Origin: Nitrosopumilaceae archaeon
Lineage (GTDB): Archaea > Thermoproteota > Nitrososphaeria > Nitrososphaerales > Nitrosopumilaceae
Length of the DNA stretch: 64,000 nt
Direction of reading: 5' to 3'
NCBI GenBank assembly: GCA_965203465.1
Contig: CBDBCR010000001.1
Span: 576,001 to 640,000, forward strand
Shown: piece by piece, positions 19,530-29,068 of the stretch
How the letters are laid out: the number at the start of each line of letters is the position of its first letter
Position numbering within the stretch: the stretch's first letter is position 1
Program-made: the position numbers and the translations under genes
The notes under the pieces: generated by a model
Databases searched by the model: none
Seen by the model: the letters and a program-made list of their open reading frames with translations, nothing else
What the model was told of the DNA's origin: nothing

Positions 19530-20304
19530 GGCGGGCTGACGCCTCCTGCGCGGACGCGCCCTCGAAGACCACGTCGGCAAGCGCGCGGCACATGTCCGCC
19601 GGCCTCCGGTGCGCAAAGACGTTCCTCCCGAACGTCACGCCGGCAGCGCCCGACTTTACGGACTGCTCAGCCATCCTCAGCAGGTCCAGGTCGCTCGAGG
19701 CGCGCGGCCCGCCGGCCACCACGACGGGCACCGGCGTGGAGCGCACCACGCGAGAAAACGACTCCGCGTCGCCGGTGTACACCGTCTTTACTATGTCTGC
19801 GCCGCACTCGGCGCCTATCCGGGCCGCGTGCGCGACCACTCCGGGCTCGTGCGGGTCGGGCACGTTCTCGCCGCGCGGGTACATCATGGCCAGCAGCGGC
19901 ACCGACCATGCCTGGCAGCGCTCGGCCGCGGCCCCCAGCTGCTCTAGCATCTCGGGCTCTTCCTTGCCGCCTATGTTGATGTGCAGCGAGACGCCGTCGG
20001 CCCCCATGCGCACGGCCTCCTCGACGGTGCCGGTTACCATCTTGCGGTTGGGCGAGAGCGACCTTGACGTGCTGGCCGAAAAATGCACCAGCACGCCGCA
20101 CCGCGGAGGCCTCGGCATCGACTTTAGCACGCCCTTGTTGACTATGACCGACGTTATGCCGCTGCCCTCGCAGGCGTACGCGGTCCGGTGCGGATCCTCG
20201 AGGCCCTCGACGGGCCCGCTCGACACGCCGTGATCCATGGGGATGGCCAGCATCTTGCCGCCGCGCGTTATGCGCGACATCCTGATCTCGAAGCCGCTTG
20301 CCAC
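19522..20304 (-). CDS. 2-amino-3,7-dideoxy-D-threo-hept-6-ulosonate synthase (class I aldolase family)
   Basis: PMDHG, MMYPRG, ADIVKTVYTGD, VAGG, GRNVF; adjacent to DHQ synthase II. Confidence 0.9.
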   Translation of the reverse strand: MASGFEIRMSRITRGGKMLAIPMDHGVSSGPVEGLEDPHRTAYACEGSGITSVIVNKGVLKSMPRPPRCGVLVHFSASTSRSLSPNRKMVTGTVEEAVRMGADGVSLHINIGGKEEPEMLEQLGAAAERCQAWSVPLLAMMYPRGENVPDPHEPGVVAHAARIGAECGADIVKTVYTGDAESFSRVVRSTPVPVVVAGGPRASSDLDLLRMAEQSVKSGAAGVTFGRNVFAHRRPADMCRALADVVFEGASAQEASARLG

Positions 20305-20575
20305 GGGGCCGGCCCCCGGCGTCCTCTTAAAAATCGTTCAGGAGCCCCGCGTCTGCTGTCCAGAACTTGGCATCGCCCCGCGGGCGGGGCCTCCGCCCGC
20401 CCCTCGCGCACGGGATCGTCCGCGGCATGACGGGGGCGGCGGCCGCCAAGGGCTAGCGCGGGGCCGGCAGACGCATATCGCCCGCCCCCGGTCCGGGCGT
20501 TCGCTTTCCGGCATGTCGCGCCCGGACGAGCCGCCCGCGCCGAATACATAAGTGGGCCCCCGACGCTCGCCCGCC

Positions 20576-21160
20576 GTGGCAAGGCGGTCGAGCGTGAGGC
20601 GCCAGACTGGCGAGACGCGCGTCTCTGCGTCCGTAAACATCGACGGCGCGGGCAGGGCCTCGGCCGACACGGGCGTCGGCTTCATAGACCACCTGATAAC
20701 GGCCCTTGGCAGGCACTCGATGATGGACGTATCGGTGCGCGCCGAGTCAAAGGACGGCATCGTGCACCACCTCGTGGAGGACGTGGCCATAACGCTCGGC
20801 TCGGCCGTGGACCGGGCCCTGGGCGGCCGCGAAAAGATATGCAGGTTCGGCCAGGCCTCGGTCCCCATGGACGAGTCGGTAGCCGAGGCCGTGGTGGACC
20901 TGGTGCGCAGGCCGTACCACCGCACCTCGCTCTCGCTCAAGAGGCAGCGCACCGAGGGCGTCGAGCGCGAGGACCTGGAGCACTTTTTCCAGTCGCTGCT
21001 GCAGAACATGTCCTGCTGCGTGCACCTAGACGTGGTGCGCGGCTCCAACGACCACCACAAGGCCGAGGCCGCCGCAAAGGCGCTCGCGGTGGCCTTGCGC
21101 CGGGCCGCGGCCAAAGACCCGCGCCAAAAGGGCGCGCCGAGCACAAAGGGCGTGATGTGA
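20576..21160 (+). CDS. hisB: Imidazoleglycerol-phosphate dehydratase
   Basis: RQTGET, FIDHL, HHLVED, PMDES, NDHHKAEA, PSTKG. Confidence 0.95.
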   Translation: MARRSSVRRQTGETRVSASVNIDGAGRASADTGVGFIDHLITALGRHSMMDVSVRAESKDGIVHHLVEDVAITLGSAVDRALGGREKICRFGQASVPMDESVAEAVVDLVRRPYHRTSLSLKRQRTEGVEREDLEHFFQSLLQNMSCCVHLDVVRGSNDHHKAEAAAKALAVALRRAAAKDPRQKGAPSTKGVM

Positions 21161-21753
21161 TGCGCGTCGGCATACTCGACTACGGCGCCGGCAACATACT
21201 GAGCCTCAAGAACGCGCTGGAGCGGCAGGGCGCCTCGGTCGGCGTGGAGCGGCGCGCCGACCGGCTGTCAGGCTACGCGGGCGCCGTGCTGCCCGGCGTG
21301 GGCAGCTTTGATCCGGCCATGCGCGTCATGGGCGGGACCGGCGACATCAAAGAGTCGTGCGGCGACAGGCCCGTTCTCGGAATCTGCCTCGGCATGGAGG
21401 CGTTCTTCGAGTCGAGCGCCGAGGGGAGCCTGCCGGGCCTGGGCGTCGTGTCCGGCTCGGTGGTGCCGCTGCCCGGGACACTCAAGGTGCCGCACATGGG
21501 GTGGAACTCGCTGGACATCACGGGCCGGAGCCCGCTGCTCGACGGCGTGGACGACGGCGCGTGGGCGTACTTTGTCCACTCGTACTTTGCGCGCCCAGGC
21601 GAGGACGTCGTCTCGGCCGAATCGGACTACGGGGTGCGGGTGCCTGCCGTCGTCTCCAAAAAGAACTATTTCGGCACGCAGTTCCACCCCGAAAAGTCGG
21701 GCGGGGCGGGGGCGCGCATGCTGGCCAACTTTCTGCGGGAGTGCTCCAGGTGA
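21160..21753 (+). CDS. hisH: Imidazole glycerol phosphate synthase, glutaminase subunit
   Basis: DYGAGN, LPGVG, GICLG, PHMGWN, YFVHSY, QFHPEKS. Confidence 0.95.
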   Translation: MRVGILDYGAGNILSLKNALERQGASVGVERRADRLSGYAGAVLPGVGSFDPAMRVMGGTGDIKESCGDRPVLGICLGMEAFFESSAEGSLPGLGVVSGSVVPLPGTLKVPHMGWNSLDITGRSPLLDGVDDGAWAYFVHSYFARPGEDVVSAESDYGVRVPAVVSKKNYFGTQFHPEKSGGAGARMLANFLRECSR

Positions 21754-22454
21754 TAGCCATCCCGGCCATCGACGTGATGGGCGGCAGGGTTGTCAGGCTG
21801 TACAGGGGCGATCCGCAGAGGAGCACCGTGTACGGCAGCGATCCGGCAGAGGCGGCGCGCAGGTGGCGCGACGGGGGGGCCGCGATGCTCCACGTGGTGG
21901 ACCTGGACGCGGCGCTGGGGCGCGGCGACAACTCCGAGCACGTAAAGAGGGCCGCGCGCGCGGTAGACATACCGGTGCAGGTCGCCGGCGGGCTGCGCAC
22001 GCCCGGGGCCGTCGCGGCGGCGCTCGAATTCGCCGACCGCGCGGTGGTCGGCACCATGGCCTTCGAGGACCGCGCCTCGCTCGAGGCCGCCGGCGACGAG
22101 TGCGGCCGCTCGCGCATAGTCGTCTCTGCCGACCACAGCGACGGCAGGATAGTCACGCGCGGCTGGCAGCGCGGCACCGGCATCGGGGTGCCGGAGGCCG
22201 TCAGGCGGCTGGTCGGCGACGGCTTTGCCGACGTGCTGCTCACGCACGTGGGCAGGGACGGCACCATGGACGGCCCGGACACCGAGCACCTGGGGGCCGC
22301 GTGCGCCGTAGGGGGCGCGCGCGTGATAGCGAGCGGCGGCATATCGGGGCCCGACGACGTGGATCTGGTGCGCGAGGCGGGGGCCGCCGCGGTGGTGCTC
22401 GGCAGGGCGCTGTACGAGGGGCGCGTGACGGCGGCAGGCGGGCGCCCGTGCTGA
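21750..22454 (+). CDS. hisA: HisA ProFAR isomerase
   Basis: IPAIDVMGGRVVRL, LHVVDLD, QVAGGLR, RDGTMDG, ASGGI. Confidence 0.93.
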   Translation: MIAIPAIDVMGGRVVRLYRGDPQRSTVYGSDPAEAARRWRDGGAAMLHVVDLDAALGRGDNSEHVKRAARAVDIPVQVAGGLRTPGAVAAALEFADRAVVGTMAFEDRASLEAAGDECGRSRIVVSADHSDGRIVTRGWQRGTGIGVPEAVRRLVGDGFADVLLTHVGRDGTMDGPDTEHLGAACAVGGARVIASGGISGPDDVDLVREAGAAAVVLGRALYEGRVTAAGGRPC

Positions 22455-23203
22455 CAAGGCGCGTGATCCCGTGCCTCGACGTGGACGCGGGCAGGGTGGT
22501 CAAGGGGATAGAGTTCGGCTCGATCCGCGACGCCGGCGATCCAGTCGAGATGGCCTCGCGGTACGTCCAAGAGGGAGCCGACGAGCTCGTATTCCTGGAC
22601 ATCACGGCCTCGGAGCAGAAGCGCGCCACCGTGGCCCGGCTGGTCTCGGACGTGGCCGCCGTGCTCGACATACCGTTTTCGGTGGGCGGCGGCGTTTCCA
22701 GCATGGAGGACGCGCGCAACATACTGCTCAGCGGCGCCGACAAGGTGGGCGTGAACACGGCCGCCGTGCGGAACCCGCAGCTGCTCGCCGAGCTTGCCGA
22801 CGCGTTCGGCAGGCAGTGCGTCGTGCTAGCCATAGACGCAAAGCGCGGGCCCGGCGGGTACGGGGTGTACACGCACGGCGGCAAAAAGGCGGCCGGCCTC
22901 GACGCGCTAGAGTGGGCCAAGGAGGGGGCGAGGCTCGGCGCCGGCGAGATACTGCTTACCAGCATGGACATGGACGGGACCGGCGGCGGGTACGACCACC
23001 GGCTGTGCCGGTCGGTCTCGGAATCGGTCGGGGTGCCGGTCATCGCCTCGGGCGGGTGCGGCTCGGCCGGGCACATGGCCGACGTGTTCGAAAAGACGGG
23101 CGTGGACGCGGCCCTCGCCGCCACCATATTCCACTACGAGCGGACCTCGGTCGGCGCGGTCAAGAAACACCTGGCGGGCCGCGGCATCCCCGTAAGGTTT
23201 TAA
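22448..23203 (+). CDS. hisF: Imidazole glycerol phosphate synthase, cyclase subunit
   Basis: RVIPCLDV, GADELVFLDITAS, GADKV, GAGEILLTSMD. Confidence 0.96.
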   Translation: MLTRRVIPCLDVDAGRVVKGIEFGSIRDAGDPVEMASRYVQEGADELVFLDITASEQKRATVARLVSDVAAVLDIPFSVGGGVSSMEDARNILLSGADKVGVNTAAVRNPQLLAELADAFGRQCVVLAIDAKRGPGGYGVYTHGGKKAAGLDALEWAKEGARLGAGEILLTSMDMDGTGGGYDHRLCRSVSESVGVPVIASGGCGSAGHMADVFEKTGVDAALAATIFHYERTSVGAVKKHLAGRGIPVRF

Positions 23204-23229
23204 GCGGAAGGGCCGGAGCGCGCACGCGC

Positions 23230-23535
23230 TTGATAGACTTTGAAAAGGCCGGCGGGCTCGTGCCGGTCATAGTGCAGGACGCCGATTCGCTGCAGGTGCT
23301 GACCCTGGCGTACGCCAACAAAGACGCCCTCGAGCTGGCGCAAAAGACGGGCAAGTCGTGGTTCTGGAGCAGGTCGCGCAAAAAGCTCTGGATGAAGGGC
23401 GAAGAATCGGGCAACACGCAAAAGATACGCAGGATACTTGCCGACTGCGATTCGGACGCGCTCATATACATGGTGGAGCCGTCGGGGCCGGCGTGCCACA
23501 CCGGCAGCCGCACGTGCTTTTTCAACGAAGTCTAG
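23230..23535 (+). CDS. hisI: Phosphoribosyl-AMP cyclohydrolase
   Basis: WSRSR, LWMKGEESGN, DCDSD, ACHTG..TCF; TTG start. Confidence 0.94.
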   Translation: MIDFEKAGGLVPVIVQDADSLQVLTLAYANKDALELAQKTGKSWFWSRSRKKLWMKGEESGNTQKIRRILADCDSDALIYMVEPSGPACHTGSRTCFFNEV

Positions 23536-23993
23536 CAGACGTCCTCGAACCGGTGCTCCTGGCCGGGCACCTTTACGCCTCCGTCTATCTCGAAGCGCAG
23601 CGGCGGGTACGGCGTGCCCTCGAAAGCGACGATCCACCAGCCTGCAAGATCCTCCCCGCTACATATGCCGGCCGGCTTGAACGGGACCGGGGTAAAGTAC
23701 TGGTTGAACGGGGTGTTGCGGCCCTCGAACGGTATGGTCTTGTAGGGCACGTGCCCCCCGCCGGACGGGCGGAGGAACTCGATGCTGCCGCTGACCGACG
23801 GATCCGTCTCGGAGACGACCAAGAATATGTTCTCGCCGAGCGCGTACTCGGAGCTGTCCAGCTCGAACGGCCCCGAGGACTGCGGCGCCTTGGCCCGGTC
23901 GGGATCGTACTGCGGTGCCGACGCGGATAGCGCCACGACCGAGATTATGGCCGCCGCGGCGGCCGCCGCCCCGGCCATTGCGCGCCTGTCCAC
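23532..23993 (-). CDS. Secreted or membrane-anchored hypothetical protein
   Basis: N-terminal hydrophobic segment then a beta-rich domain; GTG start inferred. Confidence 0.7.
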   Translation of the reverse strand: MDRRAMAGAAAAAAAIISVVALSASAPQYDPDRAKAPQSSGPFELDSSEYALGENIFLVVSETDPSVSGSIEFLRPSGGGHVPYKTIPFEGRNTPFNQYFTPVPFKPAGICSGEDLAGWWIVAFEGTPYPPLRFEIDGGVKVPGQEHRFEDVC

Positions 23994-24134
23994 GGCCGCG
24001 CGCGCACGCGCGGGCGGTAAAAATCTTTGGGGTTGCCGCGGGGCGAAAAGGGCCCCGCGGCTTTGCGGCCCCTTTGAGGGGCCATGTAGCAAGGAAGGGA
24101 CGGCCCTTACTCGCCGCGTCCGTATAAAAGAGGA

Positions 24135-24374
24135 CTATTCCTGCCCCTCGATGCCCATCAGGGTCAGGGTGGAGCGGATCTTTGCTATCTTGCGCACCTT
24201 CCAGGTTATCGTCTCGCGCAGCTTTTCGACCTGGTCTGACTCTATCTTGGCCAGTATGTCGTAGGCGCCGAATGTGCCGTGCACCTCGACGACCCCGTCG
24301 ATGGTCTTGAGCTCGCCTATGACGGCCTCTTCGGAGCCCAGCTCGCAGTTGATAAGCACGTATGCTGTTGCCAT
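24135..24374 (-). CDS. Lrp/AsnC ligand-binding (RAM) domain protein
   Basis: AYVLIN..G.E, FGAYDILAK, STLTL. Confidence 0.92.
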   Translation of the reverse strand: MATAYVLINCELGSEEAVIGELKTIDGVVEVHGTFGAYDILAKIESDQVEKLRETITWKVRKIAKIRSTLTLMGIEGQE

Positions 24375-24973
24375 GCCGCCCGTAGGGGGCGCGAATTATT
24401 TAACCTTGGCCGCGCATTGGCCTCACACATGGGGGGTTTGCGCCGCGTTTGACGGACGAGTGTCACCTGCCCGCGCCAACACTCCTAAGGACGGACCGGC
24501 GCTTTTCGGCGTGGAAACCAGAAAGGCGAGGCCAAGGATCGGCCCGGTACGGAAGCGCGGCCCGTCTTTGCGGCCATGCTCGCGGCGGGCGGCGGCCCCT
24601 TGGCGGCGAGCCTGCCGTCCGGCACCGTGGCCGGGGCCTGGCCCTTGTTTTGGCGTGACCGGCAGGGCCGTTCACGCCGTGGACCGCGTTCGGCACAGGC
24701 GCCGGATTCTCTGGCAGAGCCGATCGACAAGACATCGGAATCTCGGGGCAGAATATGGGTTCCAGGGCGGCACCGCGGGGCTGCCGGAGCATGACAAAGA
24801 ACGGCGGCGCTGGGGCCTGGCGGACTTGCCCGAACCGGGCGGGGGCATTTACAGACGGCCGAGCCGGCGCGCGTCGCGGACGGGATTCGTTCAAGACTGC
24901 TGGCAGCGCGGCCCCGGCGCGCGCAAGCCGCGCCCGCCCGGAAGGCGGCTGCCCGGGCGAAACCGGCGCCGCG

Positions 24974-25618
24974 TCACGCTCCTAGTTTCTTCCAGTCGGC
25001 AAGGAAGGCGGCCAGCCCCGAATCGGTTAGCGGGTGGCGCATCATCTTGTCGAGCACCGCCGGCGGCAGCGTGGCCACGTCGGCGCCGGCCTTTGCGGCC
25101 TCTATGACGTGCAGCGGGTGGCGCACGCTTGCCACCAGGACCTCGGTCTCAAAGTCGTAGTTTGAGAATATCTCCACCATGTCGCGCACCAGTTCCATGC
25201 CCTCCTGGCCGGCGTCGTCCAGCCTGCCTATGAACGGGCTGACGTACTTTGCGCCCGACTTTGCGGCCAGCAGCGCCTGGTTTGCAGAAAAGACGAGCGT
25301 GACGTTGACCGGCGTGCCCTCCGAGGACAGCGCGCGGCACGCGCGCAGGCCGTCGGGCGTCATGGGCACCTTTACGACCACGTTGGGCGCGTAGCCGGCA
25401 AGGCGCCTCCCCTCGGACAGCATCTGCTCGTATTCGGTGGCTATGACCTCTAGGCTCACGTCGCCCTTTACTATGGAGGCTATCTCGCGCATGGCGCGCG
25501 CCGGATCGCCCCCCTCGCGCGAAAGGAGCGTGGGGTTGGTCGTGATGCCGTCGACCAGGCCCATGTCGTTGTACTTGCGTATGGCCCCGGCGTTGGCGGT
25601 ATCCAGGAATATCTTCAT
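24974..25618 (-). CDS. tal: Transaldolase (fructose-6-phosphate aldolase family)
   Basis: FLDTAN, GITTNP, VVKVP, NVTLVFS, SPFIGRLDD, ASVR. Confidence 0.93.
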   Translation of the reverse strand: MKIFLDTANAGAIRKYNDMGLVDGITTNPTLLSREGGDPARAMREIASIVKGDVSLEVIATEYEQMLSEGRRLAGYAPNVVVKVPMTPDGLRACRALSSEGTPVNVTLVFSANQALLAAKSGAKYVSPFIGRLDDAGQEGMELVRDMVEIFSNYDFETEVLVASVRHPLHVIEAAKAGADVATLPPAVLDKMMRHPLTDSGLAAFLADWKKLGA

Positions 25619-26571
25619 CTCTTGCCCGCCATCCTGCGCGCGGCCTCTGCTATATTAACCGGCGCGATCCCGTGCTTGGCCAGCAGCCGGGGCACCTCGG
25701 CGTCGCGCGCCGACTCGCCGAACGCGTCCTGCGCGCCGATGCGGTGCACCGGGACGGGGTATGAAGAGCACACGGCCTCTGCCACCGCCGAGCCGGCGCC
25801 GGCAAGCACGTTGTGCTCCTCGCAGGTCACGATGCCGCCGGTCTGGCGCGCCGCCTTTTCCACCGCGCAGGCGTCGAGCGGCTTTACCGAAAACACGTCG
25901 AGCACCCTGCACGAGACGCCCTCGCGCGCCAGCGTCTCGGCGGCCTCGAGGGCCATCCGCACCGTTATGCCGCAGGCGGCGATGGTGCAGTCCGCGCCGT
26001 CGCGCAGCGTCACGGCCCTGCCGGGTTCTATGCGCTGCGAGCCATCGTGGACCTCGGGCGTCGACGAGCGCGACATGCGCATGTAGTGCGGCCCCGGCCG
26101 CTCTGCCATCGAGCGCGTCAGGGCCGAGACCGACGCGCCGTCTGCTGGCACCAGGACCGTAAAGTTGGGGATGGCGCGCATTATCGCTATGTCCTCTATC
26201 TGCTGGTGCGATCCGCCGTCGGCGCCCACCGAGAGGCCGCCGTGGGAGACGACTATCTTGACGTCCAGCCCCCTGCCGGCGCCGCGCGAGGGGTATGCCA
26301 CCGAGTTGCGCAGCTGGTCCACGGCGCGCCCGGGCAGGAATATGGCGTACGTGCTTGCAAACGCCTTCTTGCCCGAGGACGCCAGCCCGGCGGCCATGGA
26401 CACCATGTTCGCCTCGGCTATGCCGACGTTGAAGAAGCGTTCGGGAAACTCTTTCCCAAAGGCCGACGTCTTTAGCGAGCCGGTCGTGTCAGCGCCGAGC
26501 ACCACGACCGACTCGTCGGAGCGCCCGAGCTCGACGAGCGCGCTGCCGTACGCGGCGCGCATGTCGCTCAA
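25615..26571 (-). CDS. Transketolase C-terminal subunit
   Basis: NVGIAEANM, GADGGSHQ, EEHN; TTG start overlapping the upstream stop. Confidence 0.92.
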   Translation of the reverse strand: MSDMRAAYGSALVELGRSDESVVVLGADTTGSLKTSAFGKEFPERFFNVGIAEANMVSMAAGLASSGKKAFASTYAIFLPGRAVDQLRNSVAYPSRGAGRGLDVKIVVSHGGLSVGADGGSHQQIEDIAIMRAIPNFTVLVPADGASVSALTRSMAERPGPHYMRMSRSSTPEVHDGSQRIEPGRAVTLRDGADCTIAACGITVRMALEAAETLAREGVSCRVLDVFSVKPLDACAVEKAARQTGGIVTCEEHNVLAGAGSAVAEAVCSSYPVPVHRIGAQDAFGESARDAEVPRLLAKHGIAPVNIAEAARRMAGKR

Positions 26572-28229
26572 GCGCACCCCGACTCCCTCGCGAGGGCCCG
26601 CAGCTCCGAGGCCGCCTCGCCGATCTCGTGCAGCGATATCCACTTTGATACGAGCTCGGCGCCGCCCAGCCGGTGCGCCTCGGCCAGTATGGCAGAGCGC
26701 CTCGCCTTTTTTATGGCGGCCCGGAACTCGGCGATGGCCGAGCGCGCGTCCGGCCTGCCGGCGATGGCGCTGCCGCCGACGAACGCGCGCGCGCCGTCGG
26801 CAAAGCACTCTCCGGCGTTGTCCGGGCCCACGCCGCCGTCGGCCTCTATCGTCCCGGCAAAGCCCAGCTCGGCGAGGCGGAGGGCCAGCGCGGCGGTCTT
26901 TGCGTGCGCGGCTTGGATGTATTTCTGGCCGGCCCTGCCCGGCTCCACCGACATGACGATGACCTGGCCGAGCTCGGGGACGAACCGCCCGGCCCAGCCC
27001 GGAAGATCGGTGCCGGGGTTTACCGCGAGCCCGAGGCCCGCGCCGGCCGAGCGCAGCGCGTCGCGCACCGCGCCGAACTCGGCCTCGTCGCACGCCTCGG
27101 CGTGGACCGTCACCATGTCGCTGCCAGCCTCCGCGTAGGCGCGCGCGTGCCTAGCCGGCTCTGCTATCATCAGGTGCGTGTCGAACGGCAGGTCCGTGAC
27201 GGGGCGCAGGCGGGCGACGGTCTCGTGGCCGAAGGTGCGGGCCGGCACGAACTTTCCGTCCATGACGTCCAGGTGTATCCAGTCGGCCCCGCCCTCGGCG
27301 CACCTCCTCACGGTGCCCTCCAGATCGGACATGTCGCCGGCTATTATCGACGGCGCTATCGCCGCCTCCGAATCGATCTCTTTGAATATGAGCGGGACCA
27401 CGTCGGCCGAGGCGGCCTTGCCGTGCCAGGCCGGGTTGTCCTCCATGTGCTCTACGGATCTCCCCTTTACCGTCCTTGCTATCACTATGGACGGGGAGCC
27501 GGGCGAGCGGGCTGCCTCGTCGAGCGCCGAGCTGACCTGCTCGACGCGGTGGCCGTCGGCCTCCAGCACGTTCCAGCCGAACGCGCGCCACTTGTCGCAG
27601 ACCCTGCGCACCGACGGATCCGAGCGCGGCTGCGTCGGGCTGCCCGTCGGGCCGTCCAGCGGCATGACCTGCTCGGTGTACGAATCCTGCTGTATGAGGT
27701 TGCGGTCCAGTATCGCGGTCAGGTTGTCCAGGCCGTATTTCGAGGCCGCCATGGCGGCCTCCCAGACCTGCCCCTCGTCGGTCTCGCCGTCGCCGAGCAC
27801 CGCGTATATCCTCCTGCCGCTGCCGTCGAGGCGCGCGGCCAGCGCGGCGCCGACCGAGAACGAAAGGCCGGTGCCCAGCGAGCCGCCGCAAAACTCCACG
27901 CCGGGGCACTTTAGGTCGGGGTGGCCCTGCAGCCGGCTGCCGAGGGCGCGCAGCGTCTCGGTCTCGGATTCTTCGATGAAGCCTGCGACGGCCAGGCCCG
28001 CAAAGAGGCCGGGCGCGGCGTGCCCCTTTGAGAGGACTATGCGGTCCCTGTCCTCCCAGCCGGGCTCGGAGGGCCGCACGCGCGCGTGGCCGTGCAGCAG
28101 GCACCCGATTATCTCGGCCATGGAAAACGAGCCCCCCGGGTGGCCGGAGCCGGCCGCCGTCGTGGCCCGTATGACCAGCTTGCGGGCCCGCCTGACGTTT
28201 TTTTTGATCAAGGAATAGTCTGGCCCCAT
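26568..28229 (-). CDS. Fusion of transketolase N-terminal subunit and ribulose-phosphate 3-epimerase
   Basis: GSGHPGGS, LSKGH, GDGE...N, WHG, followed in frame by IAPSI, HLDVMDG, DTHLM, MSVEPG, DGG. Confidence 0.92.
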   Translation of the reverse strand: MGPDYSLIKKNVRRARKLVIRATTAAGSGHPGGSFSMAEIIGCLLHGHARVRPSEPGWEDRDRIVLSKGHAAPGLFAGLAVAGFIEESETETLRALGSRLQGHPDLKCPGVEFCGGSLGTGLSFSVGAALAARLDGSGRRIYAVLGDGETDEGQVWEAAMAASKYGLDNLTAILDRNLIQQDSYTEQVMPLDGPTGSPTQPRSDPSVRRVCDKWRAFGWNVLEADGHRVEQVSSALDEAARSPGSPSIVIARTVKGRSVEHMEDNPAWHGKAASADVVPLIFKEIDSEAAIAPSIIAGDMSDLEGTVRRCAEGGADWIHLDVMDGKFVPARTFGHETVARLRPVTDLPFDTHLMIAEPARHARAYAEAGSDMVTVHAEACDEAEFGAVRDALRSAGAGLGLAVNPGTDLPGWAGRFVPELGQVIVMSVEPGRAGQKYIQAAHAKTAALALRLAELGFAGTIEADGGVGPDNAGECFADGARAFVGGSAIAGRPDARSAIAEFRAAIKKARRSAILAEAHRLGGAELVSKWISLHEIGEAASELRALARESGCA

Positions 28230-28300
28230 CGGGCGCCGCGCCGCGCCGGTTCGAATAAAAATCTATACGGGGGTAAATTTTTAATCGGGCCGGCCGCAAC

Positions 28301-28687
28301 GTGGCCGTGGGCTGGCGGGACGACGTGCCGATCGTGCTGTACGACGACAGGTGCGCCGCGTGCTCGGTGTTCGCCTCGGCCGTGCACCGCGCCGCGAGGG
28401 GGTGCGTAAGGACGGTCGGGCACTATACGCGCGCCGGCGAGGCCATACGATCCGAGGCGCTCGAAGGCGACGCGCTCAGCATGTTCTGGTTTCTGGACGG
28501 CAAGACCGCCTACGGCGGGCGCGCCGCGCTGCTTCCGCTGGCGAGGCAGGTGCTCGGGGGCAGGTGCCCCGGCGGGCGCGCGGTTTTCGATTCAGCAGAT
28601 TGCGCATCCTGCAGGGATCCGCGCTCGGTGCTGCTCCGGTCGGCTAGCCTGCTGTCGCACAGCAGAAAGATAGACACGAGCCTGTAG
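28301..28687 (+). CDS. DCC1-like (DUF393) thiol-disulfide oxidoreductase family protein
   Basis: VLYDDRCAAC DxxCxxC motif. Confidence 0.75.
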   Translation: MAVGWRDDVPIVLYDDRCAACSVFASAVHRAARGCVRTVGHYTRAGEAIRSEALEGDALSMFWFLDGKTAYGGRAALLPLARQVLGGRCPGGRAVFDSADCASCRDPRSVLLRSASLLSHSRKIDTSL

Positions 28688-28706
28688 GCGCCGCGGACCG
28701 GGGGGC

Positions 28707-28832
28707 TCAGTACCCCCTGCTGTTGCGGTCAGGCGCCGCGTTCGGGTTGCGGAACCCGTGCTTTTCCATCATGTGGTTGAGCAGCCGTATGTCGTCTTCG
28801 AGCGGCTGGCCGCACACCGAGCACGTGCTCAC
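28707..28832 (-). CDS. C2H2 zinc-finger microprotein (41 aa)
   Basis: CSVC-x12-HMMEKH; GTG at 28832 downstream of TTTAAT near 28855-28860. Confidence 0.65.
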   Translation of the reverse strand: MSTCSVCGQPLEDDIRLLNHMMEKHGFRNPNAAPDRNSRGY

Positions 28833-28862
28833 GGCGCGCGGCCGAGGGCCCCTGATTAAAGT

Positions 28863-28980
28863 GATGCCGGCACTGCTGCTTCCCAAGAGCTCTCGCATCT
28901 AAGTAGCACAACAGCGACGGCAGGTTTGACTTCCAAGTTCGGAACGGGATTGGGTCGCGCCCTGCCGCTATGGCCGGCTT
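28863..28980 (-). rRNA. rrf: 5S rRNA (stand-alone)
   Basis: Minus strand reads GCCGGCCAUAGCGGCAGGGCGCGACCCAAUCCCGUUCCGAACUUGGAAGUCAAACC...GUGCCGGC, with the conserved CCGAAC loop and terminal helix. Confidence 0.95.
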
Positions 28981-29068
28981 GAACCGGGGCCGGCCGGCCC
29001 CACCTATTAAGATATCGCGCCGGCGCGCCCCGCGAAGACGTTAAGAACTCCGGCTTTCCAGCTAGGCC

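Noticed and set aside
24400-24970. 570-bp gap as a gene or IS remnant
   Set aside because: No convincing ORF, motif or repeat found by eye; blastx would be needed
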